A stretch of DNA of 24,769 nt from a virus. Taxonomy: Duplodnaviria > Caudoviricetes. The stretch lies in IMG/VR virus record IMGVR_UViG_3300020042_005231, positions 1 to 24,769 of that record. The stretch is one strand, 5' to 3'. The position numbers were made by a program, and so were the translations under genes. Position 1 is the stretch's first letter. Every line of letters starts with the position of its first letter. Shown in pieces: positions 24,370-24,769 of this stretch. The notes below the pieces were generated by a model, which saw only the letters and a program-made list of their open reading frames with translations, was not told the DNA's origin and made no database searches.

Positions 24370-24501
24370 CTAGGTTTCTTTATAATTTGTTGCACCTCCT
24401 TCCAATAAGTTATTAACATTTATTCGAGATAGTTAATACACTCGTCTAGCGTACCCTTTTCTCCTAAGTCGGAAAACAAACATAAACTATTTATAGGCAA
24501 T

Positions 24502-24524
24502 AAAAAAGCCCCTACACGAGGGGC
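24502..24524 (-). terminator. Rho-independent terminator of the tRNA-like transcript
   Basis: GCCCCT-CGTGT-AGGGGC-TTTTTT. Confidence 0.85.
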
Positions 24525-24540
24525 GAATACTTTCTTTCCT

Positions 24541-24618
24541 GTTAACCTCCTTACGGGACTTGTACCCGCATTCCCCGTGCAAAAGCGGGTGTCTTACGTT
24601 CAGACTAAAGTGATTAAC
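24541..24618 (-). ncRNA. Degenerate tRNA-like RNA / pseudo-tRNA
   Basis: Cloverleaf order: D arm GTCT-GAACGTA-AGAC, anticodon arm CCCG-CTTTTGCA-CGGG, T arm GCGGG-TACAAGT-CCCGT, closing stem GTTAATC.CTT/AAG..GGTTAAC; no CCA. Confidence 0.65.
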
Positions 24619-24638
24619 TGCTATGGTGTCTAGCTTCA

Positions 24639-24670
24639 CAATATTAAGCAATGTTAATAACAAAAGCAAA
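24639..24670 (-). promoter_or_regulatory. Promoter TTTG-N20-TAATATTG driving the tRNA-like RNA
   Basis: Canonical Bacteroidota spacing; ~20 nt upstream of the cloverleaf. Confidence 0.65.
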
Positions 24671-24769
24671 TATTTCTTTGAATTATTATTAATGGATTCA
24701 GTTTATAACCTTACGTAAGATTTTTTAGTAAAATATTGAATCTAAAATTTGCATTCAATCGTATAACCC

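Noticed and set aside
24356-24500. Micro-ORFs (MLITYWKEVQQIIKKPSIFG; ...GTLDECINYLE; MFVFRLRRKGYARRVY)
   Set aside because: Too short to support; possibly gene remnants, with no independent evidence
24487-24669. 60-aa minus-strand ORF
   Set aside because: Starts at TTG inside a promoter element and runs through the tRNA-like RNA and terminator; better explained as non-coding
1-24769. Stop-codon reassignment (alternative genetic code)
   Set aside because: Genes tile densely under code 11; the breaks found are frame shifts, not in-frame TAG/TGA
23884-24769. CRISPR array, group I intron or hammerhead ribozyme in the non-coding region
   Set aside because: No regularly spaced repeats, no interrupted gene, and no CUGAUGA/GAAA core seen

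Overview
This window is a contiguous late and structural region of a tailed dsDNA phage or prophage (siphovirus-like). The host is probably Bacteroidota, judging from TAnnTTTG-type promoter boxes, AT-rich leaders without Shine-Dalgarno sequences and a lipoprotein with a C-K-E-D signal. All credible genes are on the minus strand. In transcription order (right to left): (1) a ~0.9 kb non-coding control region containing a degenerate tRNA-like RNA with its own promoter and terminator, a leader with a pseudoknot/terminator switch, and a ~330 nt densely structured putative ncRNA; (2) small accessory genes, including a surface lipoprotein; (3) a glycosyltransferase/methyltransferase cluster interrupted by a NUMOD4-HNH endonuclease; (4) TerS and TerL; (5) a tail block (chaperone-like gene with a T9 -1 frameshift, tail completion proteins, a Dit-like protein with LamG/CBM inserts, a hub-like protein, tape measure); (6) ClpP-type protease/scaffold, major capsid and putative tail tube; (7) a second glycosyltransferase-like paralog, portal, neck proteins and an Mtd_N-type fibre. 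Three genes need a -1 frame correction to make sense, which reflects either recoding or assembly deletions. All family assignments come from motifs recognised by eye; no searches or folding programs were run.
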